DNA of 64,000 bases from Octopus vulgaris (Eukaryota), in NCBI GenBank assembly GCA_951406725.2, contig OX597831.1, positions 47,554,001 to 47,618,000 on the forward strand, written 5' to 3'. Below are positions 36,445-50,045 of the stretch, piece after piece. The notes beneath the pieces are model-generated. The model was given only the letters and a program-made list of their open reading frames with translations. It was not told the origin of the DNA and did no database searches. Within the stretch, counting starts at the first letter, position 1. The number at the start of each line of letters is the position of its first letter. Both the position numbers and the translations under genes were made by a program.

Positions 36445-37244
36445 TAACCCTCTAGCATTCAGGTTACTCTATGAAATGTAATGCATTATTTATTCACAGT
36501 GAAGGTGCATGGCTCAGTGGTTAGAGCGTCAAGCTTAAGATCATGAGGTTGTGAGCTCGAATCCCGGACCGGGCTGTGTGTTGTGTTCTTGAGCAAGAAA
36601 CTTTATTTCACATCGCTCTAGTTCACTCAGCTCTAGAAATGAGTTGCGACGTCACAGGTGCTAAGCTGTATCGGCCTTTGCCTTTCCCTTGGATAACACT
36701 GGTGGCGTGGAGAGGGGAGGCTGGTATGCATAGGTGACTGCTGGTCTTCCATAAAAACAACCTTGCCCAGACTTGTGCTTGGGAGGGTAACTTTCTAGGT
36801 GCAATCCCATGGTCAGTGTCGTGACCGTGTCTCATTTATTCACATTGTTTTGAATTAACCATGCATTGTCTCATAGCTTCAAGATTTTGTTGATGTGGTT
36901 GTTTATTTTTAGAATGGTATTGTATGATGTATGCAAGAGAGGCTGAACTTGGTCAGTTTGAACATAAGACAGGTAGAATATTTGGGCAGAATATGGTCGA
37001 TTTAACCCTTTAGCGTTCAGATTACTCTGTCAAATGTAATGGTTATTTATTCCCGTTGTTTTGAATTAATCATGGATTATCTCAAAGCTTTCAGATTTTG
37101 ATGATGTGATTGGATATTTTTAGAATGGAATTATAGGATGGATAGTAGAGGTCAAATCTGACCAGTTTAAACATAAAACAGGTAAAATATTTTAGCTGGA
37201 TATGGCCAGTTTGAATGTTAACGGGTTAAATGATAAAGGGTCAA
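36445..37244. mobile_element. MITE family 2 copy containing a SINE (36499-36833) and a second same-family MITE (37002-37229)
   Basis: The SINE has TSD ATTTATTCACA. The inner MITE is bounded by TTAA, and the outer TIR resumes as atgataaagggtcaa. Confidence 0.75.
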
Positions 37245-37956
37245 ATGATTGCAACTGAATGGACTCTGCTAAAGTTAACCAAGGGCCAGGCTGCAAATTA
37301 AATCTGCCACCCAAGAACAGGAATGAACCTTTCAATAGATATCCAAGCGGTTTCCATCAGCAAAATTTCACTGACAAGGCTTTATATGATCTGAGCCTAT
37401 GGTAGAAGAAAAGAAAATTTCCTAAGATACCTTACAGAGGGATTGAACCCAAAAGCACATATTTCTAAAGACAACTTCTTAACCATACAACAATGCCTAT
37501 GACCATTATAATATACAAAACAAAGGCGGTGAGCTGGCAGAATTGCTAGCACACTGGACATGTTCTCACATAAGATTGGAAATGAAGGACACCACTTGTA
37601 TGCTGGTGACACTCATTTACAACAATAATGCAATATCAAGACAAGGTGATATCAACTCATAAAGACTCCCATTGGTCAAAAATGACCACAGGAGTGCACT
37701 TAGAAAGTTACCCTCCAAAGCACAAGTCCAGGCAAGGTGGTTTATGGAAGGTCAGTAGTCACCCATGCATACTAGCCTCCCATCACCATGCCACCAATGT
37801 TATCCATGGGAAAGGAAAAGACTAATACAGCTTGTCACCAGTGATACTGCAACTCATTTGCACAGCTGAGTGAACTAGACCAATATGAAATAAAGTGTCT
37901 TGCTCAAGAACACAATACACAGCCCAATTCAGGAATTGAACTCACAACCATGTGAC

Positions 37957-37987
<31 letters not shown>

Positions 37988-38158
37988 CTTTCAGTTTGTG
38001 TTCACCTAACCCACCCCACACCCACTTGACAATGAGTGTTGATATTTTTACATTCCTGTAACTTAGCAGATTGACAAAAGAGACCGTTAGAATAAGTACC
38101 AGAGTTTGAAAATTTACATTAGTTCTGGGGTGGGGGGTGAATTCTTCAACAAAACCTT

Positions 38159-38575
38159 GGATCTTTTCGGTTTGAACGGCAGTTTTTAACATAATTTCTA
38201 GTTAACTAAAAAATTTTAAACTTCGTATACTGGTAGAATGTGTTTATAAAACATCTTTTTCTTTTGGCTTTATTGAGAAAATTCTATAGTTTGTAAGATA
38301 TTTGTTGTTGTTTTTCTTCAATTTCAACCAATCACTGATGTATTTGAGGTAAAAAGCATTCTGTGCCGTATGAATATGACCCTTGTTTAAGAAACAGATT
38401 GGGTTTATTTACATTTGTGAAGAAAAAAAGATACCCTTCCCCCCACCCCTAACTCTAACTAATCCTAACCCTAAAATAGATTGAAATGCAATAGATCAAT
38501 ACTAGGGTCATAATTATGGGTGACAATTTCATATGACACTGCTAGAACAAACTGCCGTTCAAACCGAAAAGATCC
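38159..38575. mobile_element. MITE with 27-bp TIRs and an 8-bp TSD (Merlin- or hAT-like)
   Basis: TIR GGATCTTTTCGGTTTGAACGGCAGTTT and its complement. TSD AAAACCTT at 38151-38158 and 38576-38583. Confidence 0.9.
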
Positions 38576-39419
38576 AAAACCTTACAAAGTAGGGTCCTAG
38601 TTTGGCTGCAATCCAATGACTAAATTTAGTAAAAGACATATTTGAACACTGAGTGCTTTCTTAGAGACAGAGTGTCTTTAAGATACTGTAGTTGATGGTT
38701 TTGCTTCAGTTTATATTATGTTAATTCAGATAAATATTCTTTTCTACTCTACACAAAAGGCCTGAAATTTTGGGGAGAGGGAACCAGTTGATTAGATCGA
38801 CCCCAGTATGTAACTAGTACTTAATTTATCAACCCCCAAAAGGATAAAAGGCAAAGTTGACCTCGGCAGAATTTGAACTTGGAATGTAAAGACAGACGGA
38901 ATACTGCTTAGCATTTTGTCTCACGTGCTAATGTCTCTGCCAGCTCGCCGCCTTAATTCAGATAAATATTCTTTTCTACTATAGGCACAAGTCCTGAAAT
39001 TTTGGGGGAGGGGACCAGTCGATTAGATCGACCCCAGAATACAACTGGTACATAATTTATCAACCCCAAAAGGGTGAAAGACAAATCAGACTTTAGCGGA
39101 ATTTGAACTCAGAACGTAAAGACAGACGAAATATCGCTAAGCATTTCGCCCCGCAAGCTATTGTTTCTGCTAGCTCGCTGCCTTAATTCAGATAAATATT
39201 AAATCTTATTATGACTTTTAACTTACAGTAATTTAAATTCCCGTCAGTGCTTCAAGTTAAAAATTCTGGGTTAATAACTTGAACCTTTATAATATTAAAT
39301 TTAACCCACGTTGCAAATCTGATTTATGTAATTTCTCTCCAACTTTTCTATGATTTTTTTGTTTATTATCCTTATAATAATCTTTGTCATGTTGTCACAC
39401 GGTATTGAATTTTCTGAAA

Positions 39420-40032
39420 CACACACACACACACACACACACATTCACACACTGACACACACGCACATTCACAAACACGCACACACTGACACACACACAT
39501 TCACGCATTCACACACATTCACAGACACACACTCACACACACATATTCACACACACACACACATATTCACACACTCACAAACGTACTTTCACACACTCAC
39601 GCACACACTCACGCACACACTGACGCACACACTCACGCACACACTGACGCACATTCATGCACAGACACACATTTACACACTCACACACACACTCACATGC
39701 ACATTCACACATGCACATTCACACACTCACACATACACAGACACACATTCACATACACATTTACACACTCACACACATACATTCACACACTCATGCATGC
39801 ACTCACACACTCACATACACACTCACACACACACATTTAAAACTCACACACACAGTTGCACACATACACATTCACACACACACGCATACATATACACTTA
39901 CACACTTACACACATGCACATTCACACACACATTCACAGACTCGCACACACTCATACACACACTCACACAGACATTCACACAATCACACACACACACTCA
40001 CACATACACAATCACACTCACACACACACACA
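39420..40032. repeat. Degenerate (CA)n tract (similar: 76-480 (TG)n, 5945-6108 (CA)n)
   Basis: Dinucleotide array. Confidence 0.95.
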
Positions 40033-40324
40033 TGTACCCTCGCATTTGCACTTTTACACCCAAACACAGAGGATTAACACAATATATGTAACCATAACCA
40101 AATCACAAATTTTTTGTGTATAACCCTGGGCAAGTAGAGTATTTGATGGCATATACGATGCACTTTTTTTCACTCTTTTTGTTCTGAAGGCAGTATGCTG
40201 GCACAATTGTTAGCATGCTGGGGAAAATGCTAGGCAGCATTTTGCCCATCTTTCTGTTCTGAGTTCAAATGCCACCAAGGTTGACTTTACTTTTCCTCTT
40301 TTCTGAGTTGATAAAATAAGTACC

Positions 40325-40828
40325 ATTATTTACATTATTTACAACAAACAAGATGAGGACAAATATCCGTCAATTGTAAATAATGTAAATAATGTACATA
40401 ATTCCTCATCATCTCTTTTACTCTTTTACTTGTTTCAGTCATTTGACTGCGGCCATGCTGGAGCACCACCTTTAGTCGAGCAACTCGACCCCGGGACTTA
40501 TTCTTTTTGTAAGCCCAGTACTTATTCTATCGGTCTCTTTTTGCCAAACCGCTAAGTGACGGGGACGTAAACACACCAGCATCGGTTGTCAAGCAATGCT
40601 AGGGGAACAAACACAGACACACAAACACACACACATACATATATATACATATATACGACAGGCTTCTTTCAGTTTCTGTCTACCAAATCCACTCACAAGG
40701 CATTGGTCGGCCCGGGGCTATAGCAGAAGACACTTGCCCAAGATGCCACGCAGTGGGACTGAACCTGGAACCATGTGGTTGGTTAGCAAGCTACTTACCA
40801 CACAGCCACTCCGAATATAGAACTATAT
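40325..40828 (+). mobile_element. 5'-truncated, 5'-inverted copy of the 15.6 kb element family, with a SINE nested at 40413-40812
   Basis: acaacaaacaagatgaggacaaatatc…aatgtacataattcctcatc[SINE]aatatagaact matches 15836-15911. 13-bp TSD TAAAATAAGTACC at 40312-40324 and 40829-40841. Confidence 0.8.
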
Positions 40829-41950
40829 TAAAATAAGTACCAGTTGAGTACTGGGGTCACTGAAATTGACTAACCTCTTCCCAAAAGAATTCAGGCTTTG
40901 TACCTATAGTTCAAAGGATATATGATGCACTTTTTAAAAAAAATGTCTTGAAAATAACGTTGGGTCCTTTATGCCAAATTGGGCAACCCATAAGCTAATT
41001 TTGTCCCTGTGTTCATCTATTGGCTAATTTTAATCAAAATGGTCTCTTCTACTTAGCCTGATTTACTTTTTATACACACCCACTACACTCTCGGAGTGGT
41101 TAGCATTAGGAAGGGCATCCAGCTGTAGAAACCTTGCCAAAAATCAGATTGGAACCTGGTGCAGCTCCCTGGCTTAACAGTTTTCAGTCAAACCCATGCC
41201 AGCATGGAAAATAGACGTTAAATGATGATGATGATGATGATGATGATGATTATGATGATATTATATTACACTACATGGTAATTGATTTCTATGTGAACTT
41301 ATAGCCGGTTCTGAATTGGGAGCTTACTGTGATTGCCGCATGTTCCTATGAATCCATATTTCTTATTACTGTTTTATATATCATCATCATCATCAAAATA
41401 CTTTCTTTGATATGTTAACTTACCAGTGTTTCTACACACACACCCACTTACCCACACACACAACCAAACACACACATAACCAAACACACACATAACCAAA
41501 CAAACACACACAAACACACATATATATGTATATACATTTATATAAGATTCATCAAACCAAGTGAAATCATAGCTGTTACCAATACCGGTATCACATAACT
41601 GGCAAGTAAAAAGCACCCAGTACATTCTTGGAAAGGTTACCATTAGGAAGGGCATCAAGCTGTAGAAACCATGCCAAGATTGGAACCTGGTGCAGCCCTC
41701 CAGTTTACCAAACTGTCTAACCTATGCCAGGATGGAAAGCAGATGCTAAATGCTGCTGATGATATATACATACATACATGCATACATACATACATACATA
41801 CATACATACATACATACATACATACATACATACATACATACATACATGCATATTTGGGGATGGTCATGTTGCCAGTTTAGCCAATAAAACATACACACTA
41901 TATATATTTAGTGTTAATTTGCTTCAGCTTTATTTATTAAATTGTATTTC

Positions 41951-41994
41951 GACCAGAGTTCTTTCATCACACTTCTGTGACCTCATCAGTGGTC
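41951..41994 (-). ncRNA. Type I hammerhead ribozyme (inverted copy)
   Basis: Reverse complement reads GACCA-CTGATGA-G-GTCACA(gaag)TGTGAT-GAAA-GAAC-TC-TGGTC. Confidence 0.82.
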
Positions 41995-42129
41995 TTTTGC
42001 TTTCTTCTTTCTTATTTGTGTGTCTTTCCTTACTAACTATCAGCCATTTTATATTTATATTTACTATTGTATAAAATGGCTGATCGTTAGTAAGGAAAGA
42101 CACACAAATTTTGAAAGAAGAAAGCAAAG

Positions 42130-42173
42130 GACCACTGAAGAGGTCACAGAAGTGTGACGAAAGAACTCTGGCC
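42130..42173 (+). ncRNA. Type I hammerhead ribozyme
   Basis: GACCA-CTGAAGA-G-GTCACA(gaag)TGTGAC-GAAA-GAAC-TC-TGGCC, with CUC cleavage after 42168. Confidence 0.82.
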
Positions 42174-42338
42174 AAAATACGATTAACGTAAAAATAAATA
42201 AAGCTGAAGCAAATTTACACCAAATATATAGTGCATGTGTTTTTATTGGCTAAACTGGCAACATGCCCATCCCCAAATACAACAATATCTGTTTCAACAC
42301 ACAGTTTCCCATCACGAATCTTGCAAAATGAATATATA

Positions 42339-42380
<42 letters not shown>

Positions 42381-42382
<2 letters not shown>

Positions 42383-42706
42383 TGAACTGGAGAGAGGAAT
42401 GTGGAATTACTTGCCTATATAAATTCGATTGATCGAACGTGCAAGAGTTATGTTAGCATTTTCAAATTTATAATCTTGAAATATCATGCTGACAAAAGAA
42501 ATGAATTTTATAATTCTAATCCTGAAACACGTACATGATTAATCGAAGACTGGTTAGTTTTGTTGCTTTTTTCTTCTTTTTGCCTATGTGAGTTGCGAGT
42601 ATTACTGTCTGTGGAGATATATTGTAGTAGAAGAATTAGTAGTTTTGACTGCTATTTCTAAATTTTCGGTATGTGGTGAAGCAACGTTTTGCTAATCCCT
42701 TAATTA
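42381..42706 (+). mobile_element. Diverged relative of the 31.5-32.5 kb element, with a decayed hammerhead at 42483-42539
   Basis: ATCATG-CTGACAA-…GAATT(ttat)AATTC…-GAAA-CACG-TA-CATGAT, with TATATAAA at ~42416. The 3' part tttgactgctatttctaaat..cggt.tg.ggt.a.gcaa..gtt..gctaa.cccttaatt matches 32287-32346. Confidence 0.7.
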
Positions 42707-42793
42707 TGTATGTATGTGTGTATACATATATATATGTATATATATAAGGCAAGCGTCATGAATATACAAGCTTTGTATTTACAGAAACCTATC

Positions 42794-42837
<44 letters not shown>

Positions 42838-43574
42838 TGCAGGAGTGGCTGTGTGGTAGGTAGCTTGTTTACCAGCCACATGGTTCTGGGTTCAGTCCCA
42901 CTGCGTGGCACCTTGGGCAAGTGTCTTCTTATAGCCTCGGGCCGACCAACGCCTTGTGAGTGGATTTGTGACGGAAACTGAAAGAAGCCCGTCGTATATA
43001 TGTATATATATATGAGTGTGTGTGTTTGTGTGTCTGTGTTTGTCCCCCTAGCATTGCTTGACAACCGACGCTGGTGTGTTTATGTACGTTACTTAGCGGT
43101 TTGGCAAAAAGAGACCGCATAGAATAAGTACTGGGCTTACAAAAGAATAAGTCCCGGGGTCGAGTTGCTCGATTAAAGGCGGTGCTAGCATGGCCACAGT
43201 CAAATGACTGAAACAAGTAAAAGAGTAATATATATATATATATATAGGGCAAGTGTCATGAATACACAAGCTTTGTATCTACAGAAACCTATCTTTATTT
43301 AACAATATCAAAATCCCTAAATACATGATTAGATTAAAGTAAGGACTCCATAATAGTTTTATGAGACTTAAATTTATGTAATTCAGAGCAATTTCTTCCT
43401 GCAATCTCACCAAATGCAACAGCTAACTTAATAGCATTGACAGCATCAATCACAATAACCACACCAGGCATGCCATCCACCACATTAGCATTAACCATAA
43501 CAACAACACCAAGAACAATCAAAATAGCCACACGATTATCACCAGCCTGTACCGAACCACACCAGTCATCAGCC

Positions 43575-43587
43575 ATAAATCACTACC

Positions 43588-43621
<34 letters not shown>

Positions 43622-44815
43622 TCATCCACACCACCAATGCCAGCAACATCGTCAACTCCGCCACCAACACGTCGTCCACACCGCTTGCGTCAATAGCCAC
43701 ACTATCACCATCAACAGTATCAGTGATAACACCACAACCACACCAATACGCAAACACTACCACTGACAACCGCATCGCCACCAACCACATCAACTGCAAT
43801 ATCAACACCGATACCGAGTCTACAAACAACCACCATCAATTAAACAAGCCACAATGCCACCATCACCACCACCACCACAACCACCACCAACACCACTACC
43901 AAAACCACTGCCACCACCACAACCACCATCACCACTACCAAAACCACTGCCAACACCACAACCACCATCACCACCACCACCACCACCACCACCACCACCA
44001 CAACCACCACCAACACCACTACCAAAACCACCGCCACCACCACCACAACCACCATCACCACCACCACAACCACCACCACCACAACCACCACAACCACCAC
44101 CACCACCACCACCACCACAACCACCACCACCACAACCACCATCACCACCACAACCACCACCACCACCACCACTAACACCAACACCACCGCCACTGCCACC
44201 ACCACCACCACCTCCACCATCACAACCACCACCACCACCACCACCAACAACAACCTCCACACCACCACCACCACCACCACCAACACCACCACCACCAACA
44301 CCACCACCACCAACACCACTACCACAACCACCACCACTACTACCACAGCAACCACCACTGCAACAACCACCACTGCAACCACCACCACCACCAACAACAC
44401 CAACACCACTGCCACTGCCACCATCACCACCACCACCACCACAACCACCACAACCACCACCACCAACACCACCACCACTACCACCACCACCACCACCACT
44501 ACCACTGCAATCACCACTGCAACACCACCACCACCACCACCACCACCACCACCACCACCACCTCCACCACCACCACCACCACCACCACCACCACCACCAA
44601 CACCAACACAACAACCCCCACCACCACCCCCACCACCACCACCACCACCAACACCACTACCACAACAACTACCACCACTGCAACCACCACCACTGCTGCA
44701 ACCACCACCACCACCACCACCACCACCACCACCACCACCACCACCACCACCACCACCACCACCACCACCACCACCACTACAGCCACCACTACCACCACTA
44801 TCAGCCATACCAACA
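43575..44815. repeat. Degenerate (CAC/CAA)n low-complexity tract
   Basis: Trinucleotide array that gives spurious poly-P/H/V/G ORFs in all frames. Confidence 0.95.
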
Positions 44816-45853
44816 GCCAAAGAACGTCTTTGTGTGACACAATGAAATTCAATCAGCTTCAATTAATGGTTATTACTATCTGTTTAAGCAGAAGCTTGGA
44901 AGCCATGCTATATGTAAATCTCTGGTAATCTTTTGAATTACGAGATAGACAATTACTAGTGGCATTAATTGTTAGGCTGGAGTTCTTCAGAACAGCAGCA
45001 GTTCTAAGACTGTAAAGATTGGATGGTGCCAAGGTAATATTTCATAGAATCAAAGACGTTTCAGAGAAGTATAATATGCATTCGTTTCTTTTATAAGTTC
45101 GGTAAGATTGATGAAGACAAGAAAAATTGTTGAATGGTTATGAATTGGTACCTAAGTTGAAATCATGTCAGCAAGATTGTCACAAAGATGCTGATGTTAA
45201 GCTTAGAACCGCACATTCGTTTGTCAAACATTGATAAGCCAGTCTAATACAGTAGGTACCTGATCTGCTTATGTAGCTGTTAATTTTCTCACTACACAAT
45301 ATTTGGAATTGTGTATCTGAAATTCAAAGATTTTGAATCTTGATTAAAGAAATAGATTAAGTAAGAGTTAAGATTTCTTACCTTTCAGATTGTCAGAGTT
45401 CTCATCTGTTTATTCCAAAAGTATAAAACGAAAGCTGTACAGAAGTGTGTTTATGTTCTTAGCTGAGACATCTCTAGCTCTTATGGGCTCATTCTTCTTC
45501 TTCTTCGCCCCCTCCCCCTCCCTGCATCCTCCCCTCCCCGCATCCCCCCCACCTCTCCTCCACCCTTCTTCTTCCCCTCCTCCCTCCTTTTCTTCTTCCC
45601 CTTCTTCTTCTTCTTCTTCTTCTTATTTGCCCCTCCCCCACCTCTCCTCCACCCTTCTTCTTCCCCTCCTCCCTCCTTTTCTTCTTCCCCTTCTTCTTCC
45701 CCTTCTTCTTCCCTTCTTCTTCCCCTTCTTCTTCTTCTTCTTCTTCTTCTTCTTCTTCTTCTTCTTCTTCTTCTTCTTCTCTCCCCCCTGCCTCCTCCCC
45801 CACCTCTCCTCCTCCCTTCTTCTTCCTCTCATCCCTCCGTTTCTTCTTCCCCT

Positions 45854-45900
<47 letters not shown>

Positions 45901-47491
45901 TTCTTCTTCTTCTTCTTCTTCTTCTTCTTCTTCTTCTTCTTCTTCTTCTTCTTCTTCAAGAGCTATGGTCATTGATGACTTTTCCACACTGTTCTTGATT
46001 ACGGTCCGTCCTTTCAGCTTCTCTCCAGCCATATTCCTATTTTTACTTTTTGAATTTTACTGTTCAATGTCAAATATTTTCCCAGAGGAAGCATCCACTC
46101 TAAGCACTCGTTGGTTTTGAATTGTAATCAGTGTTTCTTTAGCTTTACTTCTTTCTTGGTAAAAGTGTTGGCCTTACACAAACCAGTTTTACCTCTGGTA
46201 AGAGGTGACCCATATTAGTCTGTCCTCTATCCTTTGACCTGTCCGAGAAAGGGAAGACCTTCCAAGAGCTTGCATGCTGCTGGCATAGTTTTAAGGGACA
46301 TTAAGGCACTCAAGCTGTCACACAATGACAAGGAAATTGAACCTAGTACCATATGGTTGTGAAGCAAGCTTTTTAACCATTCAACTATACCTAAATCCAA
46401 TCCACACACACACACACACATGTATGTATGTATGTATGTATGTATGTATGTATGTATGTATGTATGTATGTATGTATGTATGTATGTATGTATGTATGTA
46501 TGTGTGTATGTATATAGGTAGGTAGGTAAGTAGGTAGGTTGGCTGGTTGATTGGTTGGTTGGTTGGCTGGTAAGTAGGTAGATAGGTAGGTAGGTAGGGT
46601 GATTGGTATGTAGTTAGGTAGGTATGTAGGTAGGTAGGCTGGTTGGTTGGTTGGTAAGTAGGTAGGTAGGTAGGTAAGTAGGTGGGTAGGTAGGTAAGTA
46701 GGTAGGTAGGTAAATAGATGGGTAGGTAGGTGGTGGATAGGCAGGGAGGCAGGTAGGTAATTAAGCAAGTAGGTAGGTAGATAGGTTGGTAGATAGATAG
46801 GTATGTATTGTATATACACATAGGCTTGGTAAAGCATACAGGATAATAGAACAGGATAAATAGGTACAGGATAAATTGGAGCACTTCATCAATTATGATG
46901 ATATGTTCATCGGAACAGCTTGCTCGTGAAATTAACATGCAAATGGCTGAGCACTCCATGAATACGTGTACCCTTAACATAGTTCTCAGGGAGATTCAGT
47001 ATGACACAGAGTGTGACATGGCTGGCGGCCCTTTGAAATACAGGTACTACTCATTTTTGCCAGCTGAGTGGACTGGAGCAATGGGAAATAAAGTGTCTTG
47101 CTCAAGGACACAATGCGTTGCTGGGAATTGAACTCATGACCTTACGATCATGAGCCGAATGCCTTACCACTAAGCCACTTGCCTTCACACAGGATAAATA
47201 AATACAGAATAAACAGAACAGGTATAGCAGTGTGGTTGAGATGTTTGTTTCCCAACCACATGGTTTCAAGTTTAGTCCCATTGCATGGCATCCTGAGCAA
47301 GCATCTTCTATAGCTCCAGGCCAGGCAAAGCCCGGATGTTTCCAAGTGCATTTAAATACCTAACCACAATGATCGCAGTGGGGCATCCCAATCCACTGGG
47401 AGCATCCATTGCTGAGTTCCAAATAACTGTAAGGGTGAAACAAACATAGGAGCCAACAATTCATAATTATGTATTTAACTTAATTTTCTAC

Positions 47492-47614
<123 letters not shown>

Positions 47615-47921
47615 TATAATAATAACAATAATAATCATAATCATAATCATAATAATAATACTAATAATAATAACAATCCTTTGTATTAGAGACACAAGGC
47701 CTCAAATTTTGGGGAAGGGAACTAGTCGAATACATCAACCCCAGTTTTTTTCACTGGTACTTAATTTATAGACCCTGAAAGGATGAAAAGCAAAGTCAGT
47801 CTTGGTGGAATTTGAACTCAGAATGTAGCAACGGGCAAAATACCACTAAACATTTTGTCTATCATGCTAGTTATTCTGCCAACTTGCTGCCTTAATAATA
47901 ATAATAATATTAATAATAATG

Positions 47922-47990
<69 letters not shown>

Positions 47991-47993
<3 letters not shown>

Positions 47994-48143
47994 TGAGGGA
48001 GTATAACTCCAAACTTACAGGGAAAAATTCAATTTAGTATTAACTCATATTTCACAATATAAATATATAATATATAAATTAGAGAAAAACCAATATTATG
48101 CAATTCAAACAATTGTTTGAATTGTATACTAGTGGTTTTTCTC

Positions 48144-48150
<7 letters not shown>
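47991..48150. mobile_element. Short element ending in a loop-less palindrome; related termini at 22899-22985 and 27775-27830 (inverted)
   Basis: The motif atgaggga.tat.a.tccaaacttaca is shared and always lies next to (TAA)n or (TA)n. The palindrome 48080-48145 is centred on caattg. Confidence 0.65.
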
Positions 48151-48198
<48 letters not shown>

Positions 48199-48678
48199 TC
48201 AAATAGACCTACACATGTCTGTACTGTATTGATTAGTAACCGTTGCAATTTCAACCATACTATATACTATAATAGAACCACATGGCCTAGTAGTTAGAGC
48301 AGTGGACTCACCGTCAAGGGATCACAGGTTCAAATCTCAGACCAGGCGACGTGTGTGTTTATGAGCGAAACACATAAGCTCCACATGGCTCCGGCAGAAG
48401 GTAATCGCAAACTTCTGCTGACTCTTTCAACACAAATTTCTCACTCTTTCCTCCTGCATCTTGCAGCTCACCTGCAACGGACCGGCGTCCCATCCAGGTG
48501 GGGAACCTATACACCAAGGAAACCGGAAAACTGGCCCTATAAGCCAGGCATGGTCCGAGAAGGAACAGACAACAACATATACTATAATGGCAGTGCAGTT
48601 TCTTCAGGGTCTTCACTTTAATATCCTTTGATTTAACTGTTTATACACGTGCACTCACACACACACACATGCACACAC

Positions 48679-48731
<53 letters not shown>

Positions 48732-49971
48732 GACAACATGAGAAAAAGCATAGCTTTGTTAATTGAAAGCAGTTTTATGTGTAATTCATGTGTTTAATGA
48801 TGCAAAGAGTTCAGCCTGTTTGAAAGTACTATATCATCAAAGTCCATCATGTAATTAAATTAAACTCGATTTTAATGACAGCAATTATAGTAAAGAGATT
48901 GTCTGGCATTTGTAATAGCAATCAGTAAAGCAGTAATTGCTATAGAATTAATAGAAAATCCCTATTACGCACGAAATAACGAGAAGGTCACCAAATACTT
49001 GTTCAAATTGCTAGTAAAATCAGAACAACTAATTCTCCCTCAAATCTCAACATAACATCTTAGAAATGGACAAAACGTCAGCTAATGCTGTTCTGGATGA
49101 AGTACTCCACTAATAGACTAATGGAAGCAGTGAATCAGATTGGAATGTCTTCATCATTATCATCGTTTAACGTCCGCTTTCCATGCTAGCATGGGTTGGA
49201 AAATTTGACTGAGAGCTGATGAACCAGATGGTTGCACCAGGCTCCAATCTTGATTTGGCAGAGTTTCTACAGCTGGATTCCCTTCCTAATGCCAACCACT
49301 CCGAGAGTGTAGTGGGTGCTTTTACATACCACCGGCATGGGGGCCAGTCAGGCGGTACTGGCAATGACCTTGCTCGAATCTTTTTACACATGCCACTGGC
49401 ACAGGTGCCAGTAAGGCGACGCTGGTAATGATCATGCTCGAATGGTGCCTTTTACATGGCATTCGAGCATGATTGTTACCAGCATCGCCTTACTGGTACC
49501 TGTGCCGGTCTTATTTATCATTTTCCTTTTGTCTTTTACATGTTTCAGCCATTAGACTGCAACCATGCTGGAGCACTGCTTTCAAGAGTTTGGTCTAACA
49601 AATCAACCCCACTACTTATTTTTGAGTCTAGTATTTATTCTAACAATCTCTTTAGTTAAACCTCTAGGTTACAGTGACATAAACAAACCAACATCGGTTG
49701 TCAAGTGTTAGTGATGGACAGGACTGGACTGACCATTTAGCTAAAGAATTACATGCTTAGGGCATCAAACAAAGGGGGTCACTACAGAAACTTTAAACTT
49801 GCTAAAATAATATTTGGAATGCCTTATCTTTACTAAGTATTGAAGCAGATGTGCTATATAAGATTAATTTTGAGGATCTGAAATTAATGGGCGCAAAATT
49901 TCACAGCTCTAGCATCATTCCTTCATAGTTAGCCTATGAACTTTTCAGCCCTCCCTTGTATGTATATGTGT

Positions 49972-50045
<74 letters not shown>

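Larger units (their letters stand above)
41851..42335 (+). mobile_element. Hairpin element (~205-bp inverted arms, 16-nt spacer) between (CATA)n and (TA)n
   Basis: 41851-42053 is the reverse complement of 42070-42279. TATAAAA begins the forward arm and a ~55-nt unpaired 3' tail ends it. Confidence 0.85.

Noticed and set aside
39350-40123. 257-aa His/Thr ORF with an apparent signal peptide
   Set aside because: It is a degenerate (CA)n tract, and the hydrophobic start is AT-rich flank.
43820-44862. Long Pro/His/Val/Gly-rich ORFs (up to 340 aa)
   Set aside because: They are open in several frames on both strands only because (CAC)n contains no stop codons. There is no complexity or splice support.
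44850-45480. Non-repetitive block possibly coding
   Set aside because: The frames I translated contain stops and no recognisable motif.
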